Part shown: one piece after another, positions 32,326 to 41,203 of the stretch
Numbering within the stretch: the stretch's first letter is position 1
Layout: each line of letters begins with the position of its first letter
Source: Desulfomonilales bacterium
Lineage (GTDB): Bacteria > Desulfobacterota > Desulfomonilia > Desulfomonilales > Desulfomonilaceae
NCBI GenBank assembly: GCA_038250835.1
Contig: JBBSBY010000002.1
Coordinates: 21,087-85,086 of the forward strand
Length of the DNA stretch: 64,000 nt
Reading direction: 5' to 3'
Notes under the pieces: model-generated
What the model saw: the letters and a program-made list of their open reading frames with translations, nothing else
Told to the model about the DNA's origin: nothing
Databases searched by the model: none
Made by a program: the position numbers and the translations under genes

Positions 32326-32886
32326 ATGTATTCAACGCCGGATTTTAGAAAGGGACTTAAAATCGAAATCAATGGGGAACCTTTCACGATTGTCGATTTT
32401 CTTCATGTAAAGCCCGGTAAAGGCGGAGCGTTTGTTCGCACGACCCTTAAAAGTCTAACCAGCGGCAATGTGCTGGAACGCACATTTCGATCGGGTGAGA
32501 AGATAGACAAACCAAATCTTGAAGAAAAAGAAATGCAGTATTTATACGAAAGTGAAGGCGAGTTCCACTTCATGGAAAACGAGACTTATGAGCAACTCTT
32601 TCTAACTCAAGACCAGCTTGGCGCCGCCAAGAATTATCTCCAAGAAAATGTAGTTGTTACGGTCCTGTTTCATAACGGCAAACCGATTGGTGTTGACGTC
32701 CCTATTTTCGTCGAATTACCGGTAGTAGCCACCGAACCGGGCGTTCGGGGAGATACGGCTTCAGGTGGATCTAAACCCGCTACACTCCAAACCGGCCTCA
32801 CGGTACAAGTTCCCTTTTTTGTCAATGAAGGGGACATTCTGAAAATCGATACTCGAACAGGAAAATACATCGAAAGAGTAAAGTGA
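32326..32886 (+). CDS. efp: Translation elongation factor P
   Basis: 186 aa. It has FRKGLKIEINGEPFTIVDFLHVKPGKGGAFVRTTLK, with the tip Lys in a PGKGGA loop. GGAGAA lies upstream of the ATG. Confidence 0.96.
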   Translation: MYSTPDFRKGLKIEINGEPFTIVDFLHVKPGKGGAFVRTTLKSLTSGNVLERTFRSGEKIDKPNLEEKEMQYLYESEGEFHFMENETYEQLFLTQDQLGAAKNYLQENVVVTVLFHNGKPIGVDVPIFVELPVVATEPGVRGDTASGGSKPATLQTGLTVQVPFFVNEGDILKIDTRTGKYIERVK

Positions 32887-33061
32887 GCGGCCGGTTTTGG
32901 TTACCAATGGCCTCCGTAAAGCTTCGATTTTTGACCTAAAAAGATCTGTTTGGAGCAAGGATGAGAATAGTGGACTCGGAGTACGGGGCGGATGTCCCTG
33001 TCGCGGTCGCCAAAAAGCAAATACATTTGCATTCAGTTTATGACAAGGATTCGGTGAATTC

Positions 33062-34795
33062 ATGACGGATTTGGGTCTGATAATCTACGATGAGCAGAGT
33101 TTTTTTTCGAGAGTTATAAAAGCGGGTACCGAACAGGGAATTTTCACACGCGATCGAGCCGATGAAATTATCAAAGTGGCCGTAGCCATGGCTAATAAAT
33201 ATGTCTTGGAAAGGGAAGTTGATTTTCGTTCCGAAGAAGAACTGGGGAAGGTTCAGGAAACAATTGTAAAGCTAATCGCAGTGGGCTTGGAGATTAGAAG
33301 CAAAGGAGATGTGGAAGCCGGCATCTCCATACTCATGTCGGATTCTCCGGTCAGCTTGTTTCGCGTGGCTTTCACAAGAATCGAAAAGTTGCGCATACGA
33401 TGGAGAAAGCTGCTGCAGGATCACAAAATAACGATAATGGTCACTCAGGATGAATATGCCTGTTTGTCCGATCTCACTTGCCAGCGCCTATCTCAAATGA
33501 GCATTTTCACCGATTCCGAACTATACACTATAGAATCCCTAACTTTACAGGACGAACTTTTCTCAAACCTCGGCCTGCTGGAGTACTATGAAAATGAGGC
33601 TGAAAAGTACGAGTTTATACTTAAATTAAGAAGCATATTGCCTTTCGATTTGCTCAACAAATCACCTAATGTTAAAGCAGAAAATCTCAGCGAAGTGGAT
33701 TCCATCCGAGAATCCATCATTTCCACCTTAATAATTTCCGCTCGAATTGATTCGGAAGATCCAGTCGCCGTGACCATGCCTCAAGTACGAGAATTTTTGT
33801 CTACATTCGCTGACCATATAGAAGATGATCCATTTACGGATGAAATGGAAAATGCCGTATTAGATGTAATCCAAGAATTGGGCTCGGATCTAAATGACGA
33901 TGATGGTTCGATGCTGACGAGGGAAATCATTCGAATTGCTCAAAAATTGATGGATATAATCGTTTCAGAATGGGGACTGGTAAACTCCGATTCCGAAACC
34001 GTATTTTACAAAAGATGGTCCAGGCTGGTAATACTATCGGATGCGCCTGATGTCATGGAACGTATCTTAACTTCCGACGAAATGATCGATGAATTCGATT
34101 TTGACATTATTTTAAGCCGCATCTTGGGTGTTGAAAAGCAAGAAGCGCTGGACATAATCAATCGGTTACCCTGGAAACAGTTTGCTCCCGATCAAATTAT
34201 GCGCCTGTTCCAAGAATGCGAAGATTATCAGAAGTCCATGGCTGATACCATGGAAATAGATGGCTTCACCGCTGCTGAATTCGTTGATCTAATAGACGAA
34301 TTTCCTCCTTCCATTTTGAAGAGAATTATCCCCAGGATGAAATCCGCCGTAAGTAAAATGAAGTTTTCGCTTGAAGAGCTTCAATTATTGGCGGATGCGC
34401 AATTTCCTGAAACTCTATCGCTGATAAGGTCAGCCGGTCCGCCTGCTTCCTTCAATTTGAAAAAAGCAATATCGGAGTTTAGCAGCGGCAGTGAGCGTCA
34501 CAGGCAAATAGTCTTCCATAGTTCTGTAAGCGCAGACTACTTCAGCACACTGTTTAAAGAGTTGTGGCTCTCTAAACGGAATTTTGTAAAAAAACAGATT
34601 AAACTGCTTTCGGGACTGGAGTTAGCGGACGTATTCGAGCGGTTAGTCTCATTAGATAAAGAGAAAATTACAGAACACGAAAAAGACGGTATCCAATTCT
34701 GTACGAGAGAATTTCAAGAATTTTACGATATTATTCCGAAAACCAAAAAGAACCAAGTAGATAAGTGTCTAGCCGACATCATAAGTCAGGGATAG
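33062..34795 (+). CDS. Hypothetical protein, 577 aa, acidic and predicted all-helical; no family recognised
   Basis: It is a long uninterrupted ORF with an ATG start and no TM helix or signal peptide. I recognise no conserved motif. Confidence 0.7.
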   Translation: MTDLGLIIYDEQSFFSRVIKAGTEQGIFTRDRADEIIKVAVAMANKYVLEREVDFRSEEELGKVQETIVKLIAVGLEIRSKGDVEAGISILMSDSPVSLFRVAFTRIEKLRIRWRKLLQDHKITIMVTQDEYACLSDLTCQRLSQMSIFTDSELYTIESLTLQDELFSNLGLLEYYENEAEKYEFILKLRSILPFDLLNKSPNVKAENLSEVDSIRESIISTLIISARIDSEDPVAVTMPQVREFLSTFADHIEDDPFTDEMENAVLDVIQELGSDLNDDDGSMLTREIIRIAQKLMDIIVSEWGLVNSDSETVFYKRWSRLVILSDAPDVMERILTSDEMIDEFDFDIILSRILGVEKQEALDIINRLPWKQFAPDQIMRLFQECEDYQKSMADTMEIDGFTAAEFVDLIDEFPPSILKRIIPRMKSAVSKMKFSLEELQLLADAQFPETLSLIRSAGPPASFNLKKAISEFSSGSERHRQIVFHSSVSADYFSTLFKELWLSKRNFVKKQIKLLSGLELADVFERLVSLDKEKITEHEKDGIQFCTREFQEFYDIIPKTKKNQVDKCLADIISQG

Positions 34796-35074
34796 TGAAT
34801 AGCCGCTACAAATTAATTCTTAGAAGTCCTTGAAAGTTCTATCCTATAAAGCCTCTGATCCGTCGTCTCAGCGCAAGCTTAGCGCTGGAATGACGATGTT
34901 AAACTCTGAAAGCATGACGAAGCTTTATAGCTTAATGTAACTCGGATGGCCGACTGATTAAAGAATTTACCATTGTATCTGTGATTACTTTCGAGAATAG
35001 TTTAAACGACGCCCAATAATTTTGGTATTTCACATGGGGGTCTACCTGAGTATCTTAAAATACCAATTAAGTAA

Positions 35075-35797
35075 TCACCACGGCAGATTGTGCGGATAAT
35101 CACCGGGTTGATGTGAAACTCCGAGTTCCAAAGCTCGGTTCAAGTCCTCTATTGCTTCCTTCGTACGACCCAAATTCGCCAGCGCTACCCCTCTGTTATT
35201 GTAAGCTGCTGAGTCCGATGGTCTCAGTTGAATTGCGTTGTTATAATCCTCGATTGCGTTTGTATAATCTCCCAAGGCTGAATGAATATCTCCCCTCAGA
35301 CGGTAGTAGAATGAATTGTTTGGATTGTCCGCGATGATTTGTCGCAGATCCTCCAAGGCTTTAGTGTGACGCCCTAATTGGAATAATGCTCGAGCGCGAT
35401 ACGGACGCGCATTTTTCAATTTATCATTCATCTGCAAAGCTTTGTTCAGATCTTCGAGAGCCTCTTCAAATCTTGCCATCTTAGAATATGTTAATCCTCG
35501 CTGCATATAGAAGACCGCCTGATTTGCATCCAAAGCAATCGCCTTGTTCAGATCTACCATGGCAGCGGCCTCACGTCCTTTGAGAGCCTGGCCCACACCA
35601 CGATAATAATAGAAAGCGGGTTGCTGGTCCTCTGCTATTAAACGAGTGAAAACCTCAATCGCTTTGTCGGCGTTGCCGATTTCTAAAAACTCAATCCCCT
35701 TTTCCGTTTCAGTTTGTAAATCTGCGTGACAGGGGAGGCATGTAAAACCCAAAGTTGAGATAACTATAAAGATAAAGTTTGTTAAAAAGAATCGCAT
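35075..35797 (-). CDS. TPR-repeat exported protein / lipoprotein
   Basis: 240 aa with a hydrophobic N-terminus (FIFIVISTLGFTCLPC). It has at least five TPR units of the type AxxYxxRGxxxxxxGxxxxAIxDxxxAIxLxP. Confidence 0.8.
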   Translation of the reverse strand: MRFFLTNFIFIVISTLGFTCLPCHADLQTETEKGIEFLEIGNADKAIEVFTRLIAEDQQPAFYYYRGVGQALKGREAAAMVDLNKAIALDANQAVFYMQRGLTYSKMARFEEALEDLNKALQMNDKLKNARPYRARALFQLGRHTKALEDLRQIIADNPNNSFYYRLRGDIHSALGDYTNAIEDYNNAIQLRPSDSAAYNNRGVALANLGRTKEAIEDLNRALELGVSHQPGDYPHNLPW

Positions 35798-36012
35798 AAT
35801 CTGAAGCCTCTAATACGGCTGAATCCTCTCTAATCTTATTTGATCTCGTCCATTCTTGAAGCGGCATTATATGCTGATTTAGGCCGAGTAATCAATAAGA
35901 ATCCAACCCCATACTCCTTCCCATCTTCCCATAAATTTGACGCGGGTAAGGGTATATTGGAACCGACATTATTAAAGAGCGGATCGCCAAGACAGCGTCT
36001 CTATCAGCAGGA

Positions 36013-37638
36013 TTACTGATCGGAGTTAGAGCTCGTCCGCCATTCGTTCAGCTTACTGATGTACTCAACTGGGAATTGCCAGAATATGGCCGCCTCCAAT
36101 ATTTTTTGTTTATATTCGGGGGTCGGCCAAATATTACGTCGGCCTGACCGATTGGGTTTGGTCGTGTAGACCCAGGCATGGACGGTATCATCATTGTTGA
36201 CGCGCCTTACCGCCATTCTATGATCACCCCGGGAGTAATACTGAGGATGACCGGCTTTCTTATCGAAGGCCTTCAGAGCTTGATCCTTGATCTCCAGCAA
36301 CAAGCCATAAAGTTTGCCGCCGTCCCTTGGCTCGATGTTCACTGCTCCGCCGTTTCGTGAAGGCGAGAAGTAGTTCCACACATAATCATAATTTTCCAGA
36401 TAAGCTGGTGTCGCGTCCATGACTAAGGATTCATCGAAACTGTTTGCCTCAAGCCAGGTCATCAGCTCCTGGTGGTTCATTTCAGATCCGTAAACAAAAA
36501 CGAAATAAGTTGGTGAATTCGTCTTTGCCGGCTGCGGCTTTTCTGCGATTGGTTTGATCTTAGGTTCAGGAAAACTATGCGTAGGGATTAGTTTGGCCGT
36601 TTTTTGAACCGTAAGGATCTGCTCATCAGAAATTGTTTTTATGGCGCCTTTGCCGGCTGCGGTTTTCCGAGACTCAATCAATGCGTTGGCCCCACTAGAA
36701 GCCTGCACGAATTTCGTTCCTTCATACTCTAAGGGGATTTCTTTGCGAGTGGCGCTTTTCGGTGAACGGTTTATTTTAGCCGGCGCAGAGCCTGTTGAAA
36801 TTAGAGCGGAAATGGAGGAACGCACCGGATTATTGTGAAAATCGGAAGAAGAGTGTCGCTTTGTATTAGCCTCGATATTCCTTGATTCTGGATGCGCTTT
36901 TGCCGAAGACCGTGTGACTCTAACCACTTTTTCCGGTCTCAAGTTTGTAAGAGGCGAAGGCTTGCCCGTCGGTTTTTCTGATTTCTTGAGATTAGCTCTT
37001 CCACCTGTGCCGACGTTGTTTTTCTTGCCGTCTTCGTTAAATGAATTCGCCAGGACATCATCCCAGCCCTTTGGGGAGCAGTCCAATATTTGACAGACGC
37101 GATTTTCTTCTTTTATTTTGAGGTGTGAGTCCAATGAGGTCTTAGGAATCCGCTTTATTATCAGAAAAGGATCTGCGTTGTCTCTATCTATTTTCCAAAC
37201 ATATTGTTTAAGACCCAAAACAGATCCTAAATCTTCATAAAGAGTCAGCCACCACTCAGAATTTTTCTTGTCATGGCAGATCTTCATTTTCTTAACTTTC
37301 GGGAACTTTTCGGCTAATTCGAGAGCGATTTGCTTAATCTTGGCTTTTTCCGAAAATGCGACGGGTTTTTTTGAGCCCAGGCCCAAAGTTCCGGTCAGGC
37401 CCGATTTAGTAACGGCTTCAATATCTTCGTTATGTGGTGTGGATGTTAAGGACAGTTGAGTCTTCGAGGCGCTGCTCATTCGATCCGCATCGCCGATACC
37501 GACTTCCGAGGAAAAAAGCTTCTTGTTGGTATCCTGAGAAACGCCTAGACATCCCACGATACCGCATCCGAGCAGGATAATAATAATAAATGCTGGTTTT
37601 AAAATCCTGACCAGTTTATTCATGAAAATTCCCATCAA
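36013..37638 (-). CDS. Lipoprotein with disordered linker and C-terminal GGCT/AIG2-like (gamma-glutamylcyclotransferase-fold) domain
   Basis: 541 aa. It has a lipobox-like IIILLGCG and a long Ser/Lys/Pro-rich middle. The C-terminal roughly 150 aa start YFVFVYGSEMNHQEL ... GKLYGLLLEI ... HAWVYT, resembling the AIG2/GGCT fold. Possible starts are TTG at 37638, ATG at 37635 and ATG at 37623. Confidence 0.75.
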   Translation of the reverse strand: MMGIFMNKLVRILKPAFIIIILLGCGIVGCLGVSQDTNKKLFSSEVGIGDADRMSSASKTQLSLTSTPHNEDIEAVTKSGLTGTLGLGSKKPVAFSEKAKIKQIALELAEKFPKVKKMKICHDKKNSEWWLTLYEDLGSVLGLKQYVWKIDRDNADPFLIIKRIPKTSLDSHLKIKEENRVCQILDCSPKGWDDVLANSFNEDGKKNNVGTGGRANLKKSEKPTGKPSPLTNLRPEKVVRVTRSSAKAHPESRNIEANTKRHSSSDFHNNPVRSSISALISTGSAPAKINRSPKSATRKEIPLEYEGTKFVQASSGANALIESRKTAAGKGAIKTISDEQILTVQKTAKLIPTHSFPEPKIKPIAEKPQPAKTNSPTYFVFVYGSEMNHQELMTWLEANSFDESLVMDATPAYLENYDYVWNYFSPSRNGGAVNIEPRDGGKLYGLLLEIKDQALKAFDKKAGHPQYYSRGDHRMAVRRVNNDDTVHAWVYTTKPNRSGRRNIWPTPEYKQKILEAAIFWQFPVEYISKLNEWRTSSNSDQ

Positions 37639-38047
37639 GTCAGGCTATTCTCGCTGATGCGCATTAGGGGATATGACATTGATCGATAGGTTCTTGGCTC
37701 TTTATTACCCCGGAAATTGTGGGAGTCTTCCCATATCGTATTGCGACGGGTGTTTGATACCCCTTTAGCTATGAGGGGGCGGCATAAACACCATGTCTAA
37801 TATCGAGAAATGCGAAAAGCTATTCAGGTGAACCTGGAGGTCTGGTTTAACGCCATTGAATGACGGCCGGTAAATATCCTCGCTAAACAAAAGTAGGATA
37901 ATAGGCGGTCTTCCCAAAGATCTTAAACGCTGAAGATGTAAACCAATGGTAATTATATCATTTATGCCACATATCAAGTCAAGAATAATATTAGAACTAT
38001 TGCAGGGGCGACAAATCGTCGAGTGAAGAACAATTATGGAATGCGTG

Positions 38048-38545
38048 TCAAATGATAATTATGGTCAACCGTTCAGGACCGTGAACTCCGGTCGTGAGCG
38101 TTAATTCAATATCAGCCGTTCGAGACGGGCCCGTTTCAAATGTGATGTTTGTGGGAGGATTGGATGCGACAGATTCCAAGTAATCCTCCACGGTAGCGAA
38201 AATATTTTCGCCGGCCAGCACAGCCACATGGTGGGACGGCAATAGATTGGCCTCGACTTGTTTTGAATTGGCGCTTGTCGAAACCAAACTCCCGGTTTCG
38301 GCAACCGCTGCCGGAACCTCTTCGACGCTAAAATCAGCCTCTAAAAAGTTTCCCGTAAGGCGATTTTCCGCAATAACGAGCTTGTTTTCCAAATCCGTTA
38401 ACCCAGAGCGAAAAATTTTGCCGGTATCTCCAAGTATCCCTGCTAGAGTTTCATTAACTTCTTCCATATTTTTTGCTTGATATACACCGGCAGCGGCTTT
38501 GCGGGCGTTCTCAATGAACATTTCAATGATTTTTTCTCTGGTCAA
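38048..38545 (-). CDS. lutC: LUD-domain protein (LutC/YkgG family)
   Basis: 165 aa. It has AVAETGSLV, LLPSHHVAVL and GPSRTADIELTLTTGVHGPERLTIII, typical of LutC. It sits immediately downstream of lutA. Confidence 0.8.
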   Translation of the reverse strand: MTREKIIEMFIENARKAAAGVYQAKNMEEVNETLAGILGDTGKIFRSGLTDLENKLVIAENRLTGNFLEADFSVEEVPAAVAETGSLVSTSANSKQVEANLLPSHHVAVLAGENIFATVEDYLESVASNPPTNITFETGPSRTADIELTLTTGVHGPERLTIIII

Positions 38546-38578
38546 CTTTCATTCTCCATTTTCATTTTACAAAGCGGA

Positions 38579-39307
38579 TCAGCGAAGGCTCTCCGCCAAC
38601 AGGACCGCAATATGTTTTACTTTAACTGCGCTGCCTTTGCGTTTGAGCGCGTCCGATATATTCATCAAACATCCGTGGTCACACCCGGTAACAATTTCGG
38701 CGCCCGAATTAATGATTGTATCGGCCTTTTCGTCAGCCAAAGCTATGGAGATTTTCGGGGATTTAGCCATAAACACGCCTCCGAACCCGCAGCAACGATC
38801 AGCGCATTCAAGAGGGATAAACTCAAGTCCTTCTACTGAGTTTAAGAGGATTAATGGTTCATCCCGAACCCCTAACTCCCTCGTAAGTTGACAGGACGCG
38901 TGATACGTCACTTTGACTTTTCTCGCAAAAGCTTTGGATTCGTGGGCTTTAAGGACGTGAACCAAAAATTGAGTCAATTCATAAGTCTGGTCGGCTACAT
39001 TCTGTGCCTTCGCGAGCATAGCGGGATCATCTTTGAACAGGACTGGATAGTGGTTTTTGACCATAGATGCGCAAGATCCGGAAGGCGCGACAATGGGATC
39101 AGACGGCGAGAACACTTTAAGGAAGTGTTTAGCCGCTTTTTTAGATTCATGAGTATATCCGCCGCTATTCGACGGTTTTCCGCAACAAGTCTGGTTCTTG
39201 GGAACTATGGCTTGGGCTCCGAAGCGCTCAAGCAATTTAAGCGAAGCGGCGCCGGTCTCAGGAAAAAATGTATCTACAAGGCATGTGCTGAAAAACTGAA
39301 CGCGCAT
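38579..39307 (-). CDS. lutA: (Fe-S)-binding CCG-domain oxidoreductase subunit (LutA/YkgE family)
   Basis: 242 aa. It begins MRVQFFSTCLVDTFFPE and has CCG motifs (NQTCCGKP; DRCCGFGG). Confidence 0.88.
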   Translation of the reverse strand: MRVQFFSTCLVDTFFPETGAASLKLLERFGAQAIVPKNQTCCGKPSNSGGYTHESKKAAKHFLKVFSPSDPIVAPSGSCASMVKNHYPVLFKDDPAMLAKAQNVADQTYELTQFLVHVLKAHESKAFARKVKVTYHASCQLTRELGVRDEPLILLNSVEGLEFIPLECADRCCGFGGVFMAKSPKISIALADEKADTIINSGAEIVTGCDHGCLMNISDALKRKGSAVKVKHIAVLLAESLR

Positions 39308-39500
39308 TATGCACCTCTAACGACAAATACTGAAATTCAATAAAGTGACGTCACTTAAAGCTTATCGGCTCTAACGCGATTACTGGGCTTATTAGCATTC
39401 GGAATAGTAAATGCGCCTGAATTGGTATCTAATGCGCCGCCAACCGAGTTAGGTGATAGCAGAAGATATCAAAAAAAAGCGCATCCGAAAACATTTACTA

Positions 39501-39665
39501 TTATATTTTAGTGGATTGTTTCCCATAGGTCACAGAAGCGACTAAGCGGTCCCACTTGATTTCGACGGCGCCATCTTTTGCGACCCAGTAATTTGCAATG
39601 ATGCTAAGCACTCGTTCGCTGCCGCCGGCGGCGGACACATCAGCAACAACAAAAACAATGTTCAT
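39501..39665 (-). pseudogene. Possible relic of a GT4-type glycosyltransferase N-terminus (54-codon ORF)
   Basis: Manual translation gives MNIVFVVADVSAAGGSERVLSIIANYWVAKDGAVEIKWDRLVASVTYGKQSTKI*. The first roughly 35 aa resemble the N-terminal G-rich loop region of GT4 enzymes (...GGAERV...LA..L...G.EV). The ORF then stops, so it is far too short to be functional. Confidence 0.3.
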
Positions 39666-39751
39666 CGCATTTGGTAAGTAAGCAGAGATATGTGATGGAC
39701 ATGTACCGACTTTAACGTGAAATTTTCCGCCATGGTGAGATAAGTCAGCAG

Positions 39752-41068
39752 CTATCTTAGAGCCGAAAGTCGTCTACTCTTCTTTAAAATCCGTTCTTTG
39801 GTTTGAGTTTTCTTGGCAGGAACGAATATCTTGGCGCCTGCTTTGAGTTTACGACTGAAATTTACGTCCGGATTTAAATGCGCCAACTTTGTCTTGGGAA
39901 TGCCGTAACGTTTCGAGATACGCGTTAAACTGTCTCCGCGGTTCACTACATGGACGATACAGTTACGGCCTTCGTCAGGCTTCACGTCCTTGAGTTTGGC
40001 CAAAAGAATATTTTTCTTACCTCTAGGTATCCTGATGGAGTAGTGAGGTTCAGGCGGCGTCATTCCCCTTATCAAACTTGGATTAAGTTCCATTAACTCA
40101 TGGAGATCTAAACGCATGGCTTTAGCGAGCTTTTCGATGGAGTAGCTTCCTTCGATCATTGCAAATTCGTGTTGAGGATCATCAGTTTTATTGTGCGGTT
40201 TGGAAAACCCGTATTTATCGGCATGTTTCGCTATGTGAGCAATCGCCTGAAATCGTGGGACAAATTCTCTTGTTTCTCGTTTCAGCTTATTACTGGAACA
40301 AATCTCGTCGTATTCGTTTGCGTCTTCCTGGCATAAAACCTTATTCATCTTGTTTTCGCCCGAATTGTATGCGCTTAGCGCTAAACGCCAGCAGCCGAAC
40401 ATGCCGTAAAGATCCTTCAGATACGTCAAAGCCGCCTGAGTTGATTTGCGAGGATCCAGTCGTTCGTCAACCCAGTTGTCTACTCTTAGCCCGTAACTCC
40501 TGGCTGTTGCAGGCATGAATTGCCACATGCCCAGGGCATTTGCAGGAGATCTGGCTTCAGGATTTGCCCCCGATTCCAAAAGAAACAGGTAAGCCAGATC
40601 TTCGGGAGCGCCGTTCTCCTTAGCCATAGATTTAACCATAGGCAAATACTGTTCAGCCTGGGTGAGATACCTTTTCATGGTTTCCCGTTGCCCATAGGCG
40701 TATTCTTTGATAAAGCGCCTTACGACGGGAGAAGATTCGTCCAACGGGACGTGGGTAAAAGATCCAGTTTCAGGTTTGCATTTATCGTCTCGTCCGGCAA
40801 AGCAGACGGCTTTAGATATGGCGTTTGCGAGGATGGGTTTGGGATCGAAATTTGACTTTACAAGTTTCGAGGACGAGCCGCAGCCACCCACCAGGAAGGC
40901 CGCTCCGCACAACAATATTGCTGATACTCGCCACCCCAGTGGATAAATGTATGACTTCCATAAATCCCTGGGCGCCGCCGCGGGATTCACACTTACCTCC
41001 TGAAAACCGTCAAACTCGAGATAATATTGCAGATAGCTAATATTAGACTGCTTAGTCCAGGCTGTCAA
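39752..41068 (-). CDS. Membrane-bound lytic murein transglycosylase (SLT domain) with C-terminal LysM repeats, MltD-like
   Basis: 438 aa. It has a lipobox-like FLVGGCGSS and an SLT catalytic region (LLESGANPEARSPANALGMWQFMPATA). There are two LysM-like segments, one of which is HVVNRGDSLTRISKRYG. The exact start is uncertain. Confidence 0.85.
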   Translation of the reverse strand: MTAWTKQSNISYLQYYLEFDGFQEVSVNPAAAPRDLWKSYIYPLGWRVSAILLCGAAFLVGGCGSSSKLVKSNFDPKPILANAISKAVCFAGRDDKCKPETGSFTHVPLDESSPVVRRFIKEYAYGQRETMKRYLTQAEQYLPMVKSMAKENGAPEDLAYLFLLESGANPEARSPANALGMWQFMPATARSYGLRVDNWVDERLDPRKSTQAALTYLKDLYGMFGCWRLALSAYNSGENKMNKVLCQEDANEYDEICSSNKLKRETREFVPRFQAIAHIAKHADKYGFSKPHNKTDDPQHEFAMIEGSYSIEKLAKAMRLDLHELMELNPSLIRGMTPPEPHYSIRIPRGKKNILLAKLKDVKPDEGRNCIVHVVNRGDSLTRISKRYGIPKTKLAHLNPDVNFSRKLKAGAKIFVPAKKTQTKERILKKSRRLSALR

Positions 41069-41203
41069 TGTAAAACCCGCTTTGTAGCCTGTGCCCGATC
41101 CTCCATCTCAGTAACTCAATGAATAATCAATTGCAATCTTTAAACGGCCGCAACTGACTTAATGTAAGAGTGTTCGTAAAGAACAGGTTATTAAAGGCCA
41201 AAA

